The notes below the pieces were generated by a model. The model searched no databases. It had not been told where the DNA came from and saw only the letters and a list, made by a program, of their open reading frames with translations. A program made the position numbers and the translations under genes. From Octopus bimaculoides (Eukaryota), in the NCBI RefSeq assembly GCF_001194135.2, contig NC_068990.1, forward strand, positions 69,916,312-69,960,936: DNA of 44,625 bases, read 5' to 3'. Shown here one piece after another: positions 33,428 through 44,625 of this stretch (the stretch's first letter is position 1; each line of letters begins with the position of its first letter).

Positions 33428-34103
33428 NNNNNNNNNNNNNNNNNNNNNNNNNNNNNNNNNNNNNNNNNNNNNNNNNNNNNNNNNNNNNNNNNNNNNNNNN
33501 NNNNNNNNNNNNNNNNNNNNNNNNNNNNNNNNNNNNNNNNNNNNNNNNNNNNNNNNNNNNNNNNNNNNNNNNNNNNNNNNNNNNNNNNNNNNNNNNNNNN
33601 NNNNNNNNNNNNNNNNNNNNNNNNNNNNNNNNNNNNNNNNNNNNNNNNNNNNNNNNNNNNNNNNNNNNNNNNNNNNNNNNNNNNNNNNNNNNNNNNNNNN
33701 NNNNNNNNNNNNNNNNNNNNNNNNNNNNNNNNNNNNNNNNNNNNNNNNNNNNNNNNNNNNNNNNNNNNNNNNNNNNNNNNNNNNNNNNNNNNNNNNNNNN
33801 NNNNNNNNNNNNNNNNNNNNNNNNNNNNNNNNNNNNNNNNNNNNNNNNNNNNNNNNNNNNNNNNNNNNNNNNNNNNNNNNNNNNNNNNNNNNNNNNNNNN
33901 NNNNNNNNNNNNNNNNNNNNNNNNNNNNNNNNNNNNNNNNNNNNNNNNNNNNNNNNNNNNNNNNNNNNNNNNNNNNNNNNNNNNNNNNNNNNNNNNNNNN
34001 NNNNNNNNNNNNNNNNNNNNNNNNNNNNNNNNNNNNNNNNNNNNNNNNNNNNNNNNNNNNNNNNNNNNNNNNNNNNNNNNNNNNNNNNNNNNNNNNNNNN
34101 NNN

Positions 34104-34400
34104 NGGGGGGGGGGGGTAAATGGCATCAATGATATGTGTTGGGGGATGATGGTGGTGGTGGTGGTGGCAGTGATGATAGGTGGAGGAGGTAGTGGTAGTG
34201 GTAGTGGGGATGGTGGCGGTAATGGTAAGGATAGCGACTAGTAGGGTGGTTGTTGTTGTTGGTGGTGGTGGTGTGTATGTTGACAGAAACATTCTGGAAG
34301 TGACGATGATGAGGTGTTGGTAGTAGAGCTGGTGCTGATGGTTTACTATACTAGTTGATACTAATTGTTGTTGTTGGTGGTGGTGGTGGTGGTGGTGGGG
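34104..34400. repeat. G/GGT/GAT-rich low-complexity tract
   Basis: Direct reading. Confidence 0.9.
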
Positions 34401-34569
34401 TTTTGGTAATGACCGCCATACTGAGAAAAGCTAAGTTCTTTCTTCTCCAATGGCTCCTCCTTGTCATCATGAACCGAAACTGATGTCATCACTGGTGGTC
34501 CTGTCTCTCTAAATGTTTGTCCACAAGGAACTTACTACTACAACTACTACTTTTTACAGTTTGTTCTCT

Positions 34570-34690
34570 GAATTTGCTCTCCGTCATCACCAACGTCGCC
34601 ATCATCATCGTAGTTATCGCCATCATCATCATCATCATTATCACCACCATCATCATCATCATCATTGCCACAATCATCGTCGCCATCGTT
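34570..34690. repeat. Degenerate (CAT)n tract
   Basis: Direct reading. Confidence 0.9.
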
Positions 34691-35762
34691 CTTGAATATA
34701 GTGATAATAATGGTAAATTAAGTTATTGAAGTATTCATGTTACATTTAAGAGTGACTATTTCTTTATAAACAATGTTCTTTGTTTTATTTCGGGATGCGT
34801 AAACAGAAAGATTTGCTTTTGCTTCCACACATGATGCTCCTACATAAAGTTGGCCATGGATTGTTCAAGTTGCAATCCAGCAACTTTTAGTGTTTAACCT
34901 TGACTTTTATTAATGGTGATGGCAAAAGAAAGTGAAATAGGNNNNNNNNNNNNNNNNNNNNNNNNNNNNNNNNNNNNNNNNNNNNNNNNNNNNNNNNNNN
35001 NNNNNNNNNNNNNNNNNNNNNNNNNNNNNNNNNNNNNNNNNNNNNNNNNNNNNNNNNNNNNNNNNNNNNNNNNNNNNNNNNNNNNNNNNNNNNNNNNNNN
35101 NNNNNNNNNNNNNNNNNNNNNNNNNNNNNNNNNNNNNNNNNNNNNNNNNNNNNNNNNNNNNNNNNNNNNNNNNNNNNNNNNNNNNNNNNNNNNNNNNNNN
35201 NNNNNNNNNNNNNNNNNNNNNNNNNNNNNNNNNNNNNNNNNNNNNNNNNNNNNNNNNNNNNNNNNNNNNNNNNNNNNNNNNNNNNNNNNNNNNNNNNNNN
35301 NNNNNNNNNNNNNNNNNNNNNNNNNNNNNNNNNNNNNNNNNNNNNNNNNNNNNNNNNNNNNNNNNNNNNNNNNNNNNNNNNNNNNNNNNNNNNNNNNNNN
35401 NNNNNNNNNNNNNNNNNNNNNNNNNNNNNNNNNNNNNNNNNNNNNNNNNNNNNNNNNNNNNNNNNNNNNNNNNNNNNNNNNNNNNNNNNNNNNNNNNNNN
35501 NNNNNNNNNNNNNNNNNNNNNNNNNNNNNNNNNNNNNNNNNNNNNNNNNNNNNNNNNNNNNNNNNNNNNNNNNNNNNNNNNNNNNNNNNNNNNNNNNNNN
35601 NNNNNNNNNNNNNNNNNNNNNNNNNNNNNNNNNNNNNNNNNNNNNNNNNNNNNNNNNNNNNNNNNNNNNNNNNNNNNNNNNNNNNNNNNNNNNNNNNNNN
35701 NNNNNNNNNNNNNNNNNNNNNNNNNNNNNNNNNNNNNNNNNNNNNNNNNNNNNNNNNNNNNN

Positions 35763-36533
35763 ACGAGTGTTCCGGACCCCAGTTATGAACTTATTTGCAT
35801 ACAGCCAATCAGAGGTCAACTATCAAACTAGTGTCCACTTAGTCACGAAAATACTCTGGTTGAGTTCAGTGGAAAATGTGCGTTATAACAAAAATCTAAC
35901 TGTTCTAAACGGGTTAACAGGGATGACAAATGTGAAATTTAGTTTATAAAGTGGAGAGCTGCTCACCGATGATGCAATAAGTGTTGCCAATTTGCGTAAT
36001 TTACTAGAAAATATAAATGAGTGTAGTTTCCTAAATTTTTAACTGACTTTGTACATTCCTAATTTAAAATGTTGGTGTTGATCTGGAAACCTCGTAATCA
36101 ATGTGGTATTGTGCCGTATTGCGCCCTCCTTGTATATATCAATGGGTACATGCAGTATCACTAATCTCAGTCTGAGCATAGGTACCAAATGTTAGCCCCA
36201 TATAGAGATGGTGCTCAATTGATCTATGAGGATGGTGTGGGGGTGGGGAATGTGGTGCTTATGTGAGACCTGCTATGCTATACTCACAAAGTGGCATACA
36301 CCATTCTATGCCTGATATGTTAGTAATACACAGTGTGTTGATTTTCAAGGTGAGCTCTGATTGGCTGTATATAAACGAGTTCATTACTGGGGTCCGGAAC
36401 TCTCGTGGGGGAAAATTTCGCGCCTGGGGCAGCCTTTCCGTTTGCTGCCCCCCGACCCCACAATAACACATATTGCCTACAGCACACCCAAAAGTGTCAC
36501 CCCTTTAAAAGTGCCGCCCCAACTACGCTAGTG
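35763..36533. mobile_element. Second DNA-element copy with the same octamer/CCAAT inverted arms; left end lost in gap
   Basis: Arms at 35769-35828 and 36345-36400 match those of 27088-28709; ends in hAT-like AACTACGCTAGTG (36521-36533). Confidence 0.55.
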
Positions 36534-37132
36534 GTAATATGTACTTCTTTTTTTTTACTTTTTAATAAACAACAATGATTGTATGATGTGATTTGGCTGT
36601 CATTTCTAACGTCAAGCGAAAAACGAAGCAGATTCCTCATGGATTTACAGTCGTTGTTCAATAACTCTACGTTGTCCCAAAACTGATCAAAGACATTAAA
36701 TATAGCCTTGAACAATCCGACTTTATACTCTACAAACATGTTAGGCAAGGGCGAGTTATACAAACGTATCTATCTTAATTAAGTATTCAATTTGCAGACA
36801 GATCCCAAACAAAAAGCCGTATGTCTTCTCAGACAGAGACACACATAACAAACACCAATAATAATGCTTACACACTGTATGTGTGTGTGTGTACGTGTGC
36901 GTGTGTGAGTGTGTCTGTGTGTAGTCAGGTAACTTTTCATGAGAATTGCGCACGTACATATCTGTCGCATACACACACAAACATCTATATATTCCTGTGA
37001 AGACATGTGTGTAAAACAAACACGCATATATACACACACTTATGTAGATATTTACACAAGATTCATTATACGCATAATGTCACTTCTATTATTTTTTTTG
37101 GAGGGGGGGGATTTGTTGTTGTTGTTTAACTA

Positions 37133-37209
37133 CTGTAATCCCTTGACTATCGCGAGTGTTACGTTCTAACCCTCCCCACGCGATAGGTGAAAATCCGCGA
37201 AGTAGAAAC

Positions 37210-37210
<1 letters not shown>
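37133..37210 (+). mobile_element. Tigger/pogo-like MITE left end
   Basis: TA|CTGTAATCCCTTGACTATCGCGAGTGTTACGTTC...CGCGATAGGTGAAAATCCGCGAAGTAG resembles pogo/Tigger terminal sequences; right end not seen. Confidence 0.5.
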
Positions 37211-37251
<41 letters not shown>

Positions 37252-38298
37252 CAGGCCTTGTGCCTTTAATAGAAAGGATAATTTGTATATATTTATTTTA
37301 TTATAAATGCAAAACACCACCACTGAGGAATCGACGTAAGTTTAAATAATAAACCGCGATGTGGCGAAGGATTACTGTTTTTGCACATAAATTACATTTG
37401 CTGCAATTAAAAAATAATCATGACTAATTAATAAGTTGTGTCTAGGTAAAAAAAAAATGTCGTTTGTGTGTGCGTGTGTCGGACGATTATAGTTCCTGTC
37501 AGTGTATATGTATACAATTATGTGCTTTGACTACAGCATTAGAGCATTTTAGCTCTTATTTCTAACAATGTAGGTGTTTCTAACACCCAAGTCACATTGC
37601 AAACTGCTGTCTATATTTATATGTACACTAATTTGGTGATCCTAACTGGAAAAATGGAACTCATAACATGAGTTTATGTATATTTTTTTTTTATTAATAT
37701 TTAGCAGAAGAAACAGAGTGACTCAGGGGTGAGAGTTTCGTTCGTTGGCACTTAAAAAAAAATAGTTAAAGATCGACGAGTTGTGGATTTATATAACCAG
37801 TGATAAGTGTGCGTATTCGTGTGTTTGGAGACAGACAGGCATATATATATATATATATACACATATTGGATGTCCACTTAGTTGGTCATCCCTTCTTATA
37901 CGCATATATACATATTTATATATATGTGTGTGTGTATATATATATATTTTATTGTATTATTGTATTGTTTTTAACCACCAACTTAACACTACACACTGAA
38001 TTGTGGCAAGGTATGGACGGATTCCGGAGTACCGAGAAAATTATGTATAAATATATCAAATTAAGAATTCTACGAGGTATGGTACAATGCAAAATACCAA
38101 AGGGAACCTCACCTCTTATATCTCATCTTTCTTCCTTCTTTAACGCCTATGTGATATAATTCTTGGGAGAGAATACATACATTTGCGGCTGAAGATAGCT
38201 TTATATTGTCAATTATACACTGATGTAACAACTATAAAGCTTGAAACACGTGTACCGCAGAATCCTTTGTGTTTTTGTTTTTTATTTTTGCATTTACA

Positions 38299-38348
<50 letters not shown>

Positions 38349-38364
38349 GCACTCACTCACACCA

Positions 38365-38710
38365 TAACGGCGAGATGATCATGAAGGGTATGGTCTTGAT
38401 CATCCGTCTATTCGATCAGGTTTTAGTTGAAACTAAACAACAGCGAGGTTGATAAAATACTAACATATACCAAGCTGTACCGGGTCGCTTCGGTCGACTT
38501 TATCTCACTTCCTACAGATTTAGTGGTCTTGTGCCAAGAAACCCTAATCATTTAAGGGTTTGGATTAAATGCAGTTTTGCTCGTCGGTGTCCTTAGTTCG
38601 AATCCCACCGACGTCGATAAAATAAAGTACCTGATATGTTATTGAGTTGATTCAGTCGGCTCTACAGCTCCTTCTGCCAGTGTGTGGCTTTGTGCCAATT
38701 TGTGATATTG
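38365..38710 (+). mobile_element. Two degenerate SINE family A fragments
   Basis: GAGGTTGATAAAATACTA..GGTCGACTTTA..GTCTTGTGCCAAGAAAC and AGTTCGAATCCCACCGACGTCGATAAAATAAAGTACC..TTGTGCCAATTTG. Confidence 0.6.
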
Positions 38711-39535
38711 TTGCTGTTGTTGATACTGTTATCGGATGCGTGTTTCGAAGCGTTCGTAATTACTGTATTAAAAGCGCTTTGTAGAGGAATTATACAATTT
38801 TTATTGGCACTGATCGCACATAAGCCACCAGGGATACTTCTTAGGTAGTGCTTATAGTTCTTATCTCTACTAAGTAAATATTGCATTTTCCTATCATTTT
38901 CCTATCCTTCTTCCACTAATCCACAACCCCCATCCCGCTTGCACTGATCCACAAGTCTCTCTCTTCATTACTCTAGTTTCCGATTCCCCATTTTGCTAGC
39001 ACTCATCCACGAACCCGTCTGTTTTCCTTTGATCCATTGCCCCGCATTTGCTTTGTATGTTCACATGGTTCTGCACTGGATCTGCAAGTATCCGTCCTTC
39101 GTGTACACAGCCTCATGTCCACTATTCTGTCTACTCGTGTAATATTTGAACACCCACCCACATGTATGAGATGTACCACGGTTATCTGCTGAATCCATTT
39201 AGCAGACTGCTTCGTCTGTTCTGTCAAAAAGTATTCATAATATCAACAAAATATCAAAGCAGAAGACTATTTTTTTAATTCTCCTTCAGTCTTCAGCCTA
39301 AACCGCGGATGAGAGCCTCAAGATATCGGGTAATTCTTAAATATTCAAACAAAGCTGGTTAAGATTGGTTTGAATGACCGGATAAATATCAGGACACTTG
39401 TATATTTTGCCCAGTGGCTGGACAGGAAGATACCATTTCCTGAATGATTAACGTTTCCGTATTACGCAATCTTCCCTACGGTTCTAAACACCTCACTGCA
39501 TTTTCTTTTCTTTAAATTTATTTCTCATGAAATAA

Positions 39536-39585
<50 letters not shown>

Positions 39586-39659
39586 CACGCACCTATGCGT
39601 ATACGCATATATATATCGACGCAGAGACACATTTATAAACATGTGTACAGAGAGACACT

Positions 39660-39693
<34 letters not shown>

Positions 39694-39814
39694 ATGGAGA
39701 ATGAGTGGAAGACAAGTTTATCTTATATAATTACATTTTAACACAATATCTTTCCTCACTTTCCGTATCACGTTGTTTTATACTATTTTTGAATCTTCCT
39801 GACATGTTTATTAT

Positions 39815-40028
39815 TGGTTTCAAATTTTGACACAAGGCCAGCAATTTCAGGGGAGGAGTAAGTCGATTACATCGACCCCCCCCCCCATTGCTCAACTAGT
39901 ATTTATTTTATTGACTCTGAAAGGTTAAACGGCAATGTCAACCTCGGCAACATTTGAACTCAGACAGGAAGGGCGGGCGAAATGCTGCTAAGCATTTTGT
40001 GCAGACGACTCTGCCAGCTTGTCGCTTT
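39815..40028 (-). mobile_element. SINE family A, full length (T2)
   Basis: Plus strand GGTTTCAAATTTTGACACAAGGCCAGCAATTTC...AGTCGATTACATCGACCCC...TTTGAACTCAG...CTCTGCCAGCT. Confidence 0.85.
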
Positions 40029-40084
40029 ATGTCATGTTTATTATTGGCTTATTGGAGTGGCAGGTACAGACAACCATGTGAATT

Positions 40085-40600
40085 TAGTTAGGTTCTTTTA
40101 CGTTCAGAGCTCAAATCCTGCAGAAGTTAACCTTTGCCTGTCATCCTTTCAGGGTCGTTAAGATATAAAGTACCAGTTACGTGTTGAGACGGATATTATC
40201 AATCCTTTCCACGCAAAAATTACTGACTTTGTGCAGCATCTATACTAATTTCTAACAGAGTTTCAAAACCACACCTTTTTGGAGAAGTCCTCTGTCTATT
40301 ATATTGATCCAGCAGTGATTGACTGATATTTATTTTTATTGTCCCCGGAAGGGTGAAGTAAATGTAAGGTTGACTTCAGAATGTTAAGGGACATTATTAG
40401 ATACTACAGGGAATGTTTTACACAATTCTACATATTTTGCTCTTACACTGCTCTCACTGACACTATTATGAAAAGAGTCACATTACTGGAGCATTTAGGG
40501 GTGGCAAATGGATATAATAGAGTAAGGTTGCAGTATTTAGTTCCTGCCCTTTGAAATTTGAGTTCAAATCTCAAGGTCAACTTTACCATTTATCTTTGTG
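40085..40600. mobile_element. Three degenerate SINE family A fragments in mixed orientation
   Basis: GAGCTCAAATCC..TGTCATCCTTTCAGGGTCG (+), CCCCGGAAGGGTGAAG..GGTTGAC (-), GAGTTCAAATCTCAAGGTCAACTTTACC (+). Confidence 0.55.
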
Positions 40601-41709
40601 TGGTTGGCTGACAACCCCAGACAAATTTTCTTAAAGCTGCTTACTGTCTCAAGTGGGTGAGTTAAACCCTACTGATACATTATTCCTGTGAGGAGCAGTG
40701 AGCCCAGGTAACTTAGAATAATACATTGATGGAATTATATTTATGTCACATCACTCTTATAATTAATGTTGTTTGTGGCACATCCATCATTCAACTCCTC
40801 CCGCTGTTGACTAAAGAAGGTTGACAGAAGAGCATAGTGCTACTGGTTGGTACAGTATAGAGAGATCTAAGTTCAAATTCCTCCATCAGGGGGTTGTATG
40901 ATAAAAGGAGAACTAGTCAGGTGCTGGGTTGATTTAATTACCTATACTTCTTCTTTCTATCAATCTCTGTTTGGTATCCATTCAATTAATTTTTTGGATG
41001 CCATAGAGTAAATTATAAATATACCATCTTGGTGTTATACAGTCCCTAATAAAGCTGAACTCCAGAATAAGTATTTCAGTTCTCGGGAAAGGCATGAAGG
41101 ACTCCTCTGTTGTGTGTTAGTATCACTTGATAAAAAGAGAACCATCTTTCTTTCAGATCAAGCTGTTATCAATAAGTATTGATGTTTGCTATTATCTTTT
41201 AAAAGAGATTGTAGTAAAATAAAAGAATCGGTAGAGCATCAATCTAAATGTTTTGTGGCATTTAGTTAGCTGTGAGTTTCAGTCCTCTCCAGATAAACTC
41301 AATCAAGTACTAGGACTGCTGATTGATTTCACCATTTTGTATCTATCTATATCTTTGAATCACTTCGACCTTAATTCAGATCATTGTCCAGAGCAGAGGT
41401 ACAGCAAAGTAATCAGTATTGTTCCCTTGGAATTCTATACAGCTATCCAAAGGAGTCAATAAACACCTGAAACCTTTTTGAGCAGTTGGCTTATTAGTGA
41501 ACTGTATCTGGAAGAGCATGGGTAATTAATTTAAGGCTAAAACTCATTAATTTCCAGCCAAATATTGATATAATATTAACTAGTGTTCACCAAACACATA
41601 TATCACATTTAATATTCCGAATATATCAGTTTAATAGAACTGAATTTTTATTGTTCTTTATCAATCAAAATATTTTCGTTAAACTTCTTTGAATATTTCT
41701 TATTGAGGA

Positions 41710-41922
41710 GGGTGGCAAATTGGCAGAGTCTTTAGCAAACCAACCAAAAAGCTTAGTGGCATTTCATGTCTTCATGTTCTGAGTTCAAATTCAGTCAAGG
41801 TTGAGGTTTGCCTTACATTCTTTTGGAATCGTTAAAATAAGTATCAGTTGAATACTGGGATTGATGTAATTGACTTACTCCTCCTCCAAACCTGCTGACT
41901 TTCTGCCAAAATCCAAAACCAA
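41710..41922 (+). mobile_element. SINE family A, diverged (T2)
   Basis: GGTGGCAAATTGGCAGAG head, GTTCTGAGTTCAAATTC, TAAAATAAGTATCAGTTGAATACTGGG, CTGCCAAAATCCAAAACCA. Confidence 0.8.
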
Positions 41923-42350
41923 TACTTTTGACAGCTTGCTTTTCTCAGCCTGACAATCAGCAAAGTACTGGCTAGTAGCTGAACACATGACAACAGTTAT
42001 ATGCAAAAACATTGGTTTGGATTGCACCCACCAAAACACACACACACACTCATACATATATGACCACACAGTTACATCGTTGAAGAGTCATTTAAACAGC
42101 AAGATATTGTGGACTTGGCAGTGTCCAGGTCTCAGAAGTGTGATGAAACACTGAGGCACTCTATGATAAACAGCATTTGTTTTTAAAACATTGAATCAGT
42201 TTTAACCTGGTGTTAATAAGTCTCAGTTTCAACATCCGGTTTCAGATGAAGTCACTTTCCAAACACATTTAAATCAAAGAGAAACAAGAACAGAGGTTTC
42301 GTTTTGAACAATAGAATAAAATACCATACAATCATGTGTGTATATAAATT

Positions 42351-42387
<37 letters not shown>

Positions 42388-42466
42388 TTGTGTGTGTGTA
42401 ATGGCTTTTATTGTATATCAAATAACTATTCTATAACTATTAGTGTGTGTGTGTATGTATGTATAC

Positions 42467-42603
42467 ACTCCTTTAGTTTTAGCTGAGAAAGTAAAAAACA
42501 CTCCAGCAATTGATATATGTCTATATATCTATGTACACACATAGATATATAGACATATATCAATTGCTGGAGTGTTTACTTTCTCAGCTAAAACTAAAGG
42601 AGT
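42467..42603. repeat. 137-bp near-perfect palindrome (68/65-bp arms, 4-nt loop)
   Basis: Arms are exact reverse complements apart from a 3-nt difference in an A-run. Confidence 0.95.
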
Positions 42604-42634
42604 AAAATGGTAAAATGAACCGACGTTTATATTA

Positions 42635-42687
<53 letters not shown>

Positions 42688-42912
42688 TGGTGTTAAATTG
42701 CAGGCTTGAATTAAATGTTTTATAGGTGTTTGACTTTCATTTTTTTTTTTTTTCCAAAAACGTGTGCGTGCTCATGCACATATCTGTGTGTGTGTGTGTT
42801 GTTGCTGACACGGTTAGTGTGACATAGGCCACTTGCCAGGATTTCAGATAAAGGAATATACTGAAACTTATTACGTTTACAGGTTAGAAACTTTGTTACT
42901 TGAGTGTCAATA

Positions 42913-43310
42913 TTAGTTCCTCCTGTGTTCCCAAGCACATTAGGCAGCAAGTTGGCGCCACTGGTTTCTGTTGGCCGGCAATTTTCTCTATATCTGGTCA
43001 TGCAATATTCACCTCTCTCATATTGGCTATCAGTGTTCTCTGCCATGTACTTTTCAGTCTTCCTCTTTCTTTTTCCCTCCAGTGGTGTCCATTTAAAAGC
43101 TCTTTTAAAATTGTCATGTTCTGGTAGCTGGTCCTGTTAGTTTCTATCTTTATTCTGTGATGTTTTCACCAAGTGGTCTTAGGAACGTTTTCAGTGGTTA
43201 CATGTTAGGTTCTCATAATCCTTCTCGATCATCTGGTAGAACATATCTAGCTTTCTGTTGATTTTTCATGGTGCTTTTCCATATCTCATTGGCATAGAAA
43301 ACTGCTGCTA
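42913..43310 (-). mobile_element. RTE-like LINE 3' end, decayed
   Basis: Joined minus frames AVFYANEIWKST..INRKLDMFYQ..RRIMRT..LPEHDNFKRAFKWTPLEGKRKR..STWQRTL..ANRNQWRQLAA*CAWEHRRN*. Confidence 0.82.
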
Positions 43311-43494
43311 GACCTATGCCTGGGTAACCAAATTAAAAACAAAACAACGCACTGTAACTGTCAATTGCAAGCTACTACTATGTACCAAGCTTTCGCTAAT
43401 AGTTTTAGGGGACTGTCTAGACATGAACTGACATGGTCTCTTTTAATCTAGTTGGAGCACCAAGGATGTGACACATGGAGAGAAAGCGGGCTGC

Positions 43495-43660
43495 ACAAGT
43501 ACTTGGCTGGTATTCATTTTCAGTTGATTAGGTTGGAACAAGACAAAATGTGAAGTAGCTTGCTCAAGGACATTGTAAGCCACATGGTCTCGAAATCGAA
43601 CTCACAAGCTTGGGACTGTGAGGTCAACATGTAATCACTAACCTATGCACCTTTGCTATT
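43495..43660 (-). mobile_element. Degenerate SINE (family C-like)
   Basis: Reverse complement GTGAGTTCGATTTC (B-box-like) then TGTCCTTGAGCAAGCTACTTCAC. Confidence 0.5.
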
Positions 43661-43697
43661 GTGGTTTATGAATTTACCTACCACATGACTACTGCCA

Positions 43698-43734
<37 letters not shown>

Positions 43735-44230
43735 NNNNNNNNNNNNNNNNNNNNNNNNNNNNNNNNNNNNNNNNNNNNNNNNNNNNNNNNNNNNNNNNNN
43801 NNNNNNNNNNNNNNNNNNNNNNNNNNNNNNNNNNATTAAGCGTATGTAAATTTCATCCGTCTAATTGGCTATAGAAATGCTTGTAAAAACAACTTTTTGC
43901 GCTGCCCTGATTATACATTGCAGGGTAATCCTTTTTCGCAGGAGCTAGGACGGCAATTTCTGATGAAGCAATTGCTGGCGATCTGTTGGTACACAGTTTT
44001 GCCAGAATTCTATCAGATCGGGCAGATGTTGATGCACCATTTTGCATTATGTTCAAAGTAGTTTCTGGAATGTCATTTTAAACCGGTTGCTTCCTTTCCC
44101 CAGCAAGCTCTCTTCTTTGAAGGCATAATCTATGTATATATTAAACAGAACAACAAAAGTTATAATAGATGGCAGGGTCGGTACTTTTCACATATCTGTA
44201 ATTTTTCAGATTAACACCCGCACGATTACC

Positions 44231-44372
44231 CAACCCTAATCCTAAACCTAATCCTAACACTAACCCTAACATTAACCCTAAACCCTAACCCTGACCCTAA
44301 AACCGTAACACTAATCCTAAATGTAACCCTAAACCCTAACCCTGACCCTAAAACCCTAACCCTAACACCCTA
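44231..44372 (-). repeat. Degenerate interstitial telomere-like (CCCTAA)n array
   Basis: About 20 CCCTAA-like units with variants; exact 32-bp internal duplication at 44273-44304 and 44324-44355. Confidence 0.88.
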
Positions 44373-44625
44373 GTGAAAATCGTGGTATATTTACAAAATA
44401 TTGACGAACATGAGTTATATTTTACTGAATGATTGTGTACTTGCATGTGTATGTGTTTGAGAGAGCAAGAGAGGAAGAGGTAGGGAGAAAGGGCTAGAGG
44501 TAGTTAAAAGTTTTCTTATGACGGCTTCTCTTCACTGGCTATTACTTCATTAGAAATCTATGGATGCACTTACGTACATAATAGAGAAAAATTAAACAAA
44601 TATGGACGACTTGCTCCGAAACACC

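Noticed and set aside
39003-39227. 74-aa minus-strand ORF
   Set aside because: Non-ATG start, no motif and no splice support.
43959-43985. CTGATGA-AGCAATTGCT resembling a hammerhead core and stem II
   Set aside because: The required GAAA does not follow stem II (GGCG instead).
43853-44128. Minus-strand MPSKKRAC.. and the 67-aa ORF as a possible Helitron or transposase N-terminus
   Set aside because: Similarity is limited to a few basic residues and the frame closes after 17 codons.

Overview
AT-rich, repeat-saturated eukaryotic non-coding DNA from a gapped draft assembly with 13 N-gaps (696-967, 2687-2714, 5094-5557, 8439-9001, 12156-12486, 12934-13051, 22325-22424, 22874-23292, 26898-26988, 30020-30541, 33428-34103, 34942-35762, 43735-43834). 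The SINE families and microsatellite load look like an Octopus genome. That is recognition from memory, not a database search. I could not identify any intact host protein-coding gene, tRNA, rRNA or CRISPR array, and almost all ORFs in the track are microsatellite or N-gap artefacts. The window is a layered transposon landscape. It holds more than 25 copies of two or three tRNA-derived SINE families, decayed LINE fragments (CR1-like, RTE-like, R4/Dong-like), a Helitron helicase pseudogene with a matching 3' terminus, a mariner transposase relic and several nested MITEs. The most notable signals are: (1) two back-to-back minimal type I hammerhead-ribozyme motifs with a CCGAUGA-type core variant at 22570-22654; (2) two DNA-element copies whose inverted arms carry an octamer+CCAAT module around unrelated internal DNA; (3) two R4/Dong-like 3' ends stacked in one (AAT)n cluster; (4) a CR1-like LINE whose 3' tail matches a SINE tail; (5) a 137-bp near-perfect palindrome. 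All family assignments were made by eye and need confirmation.
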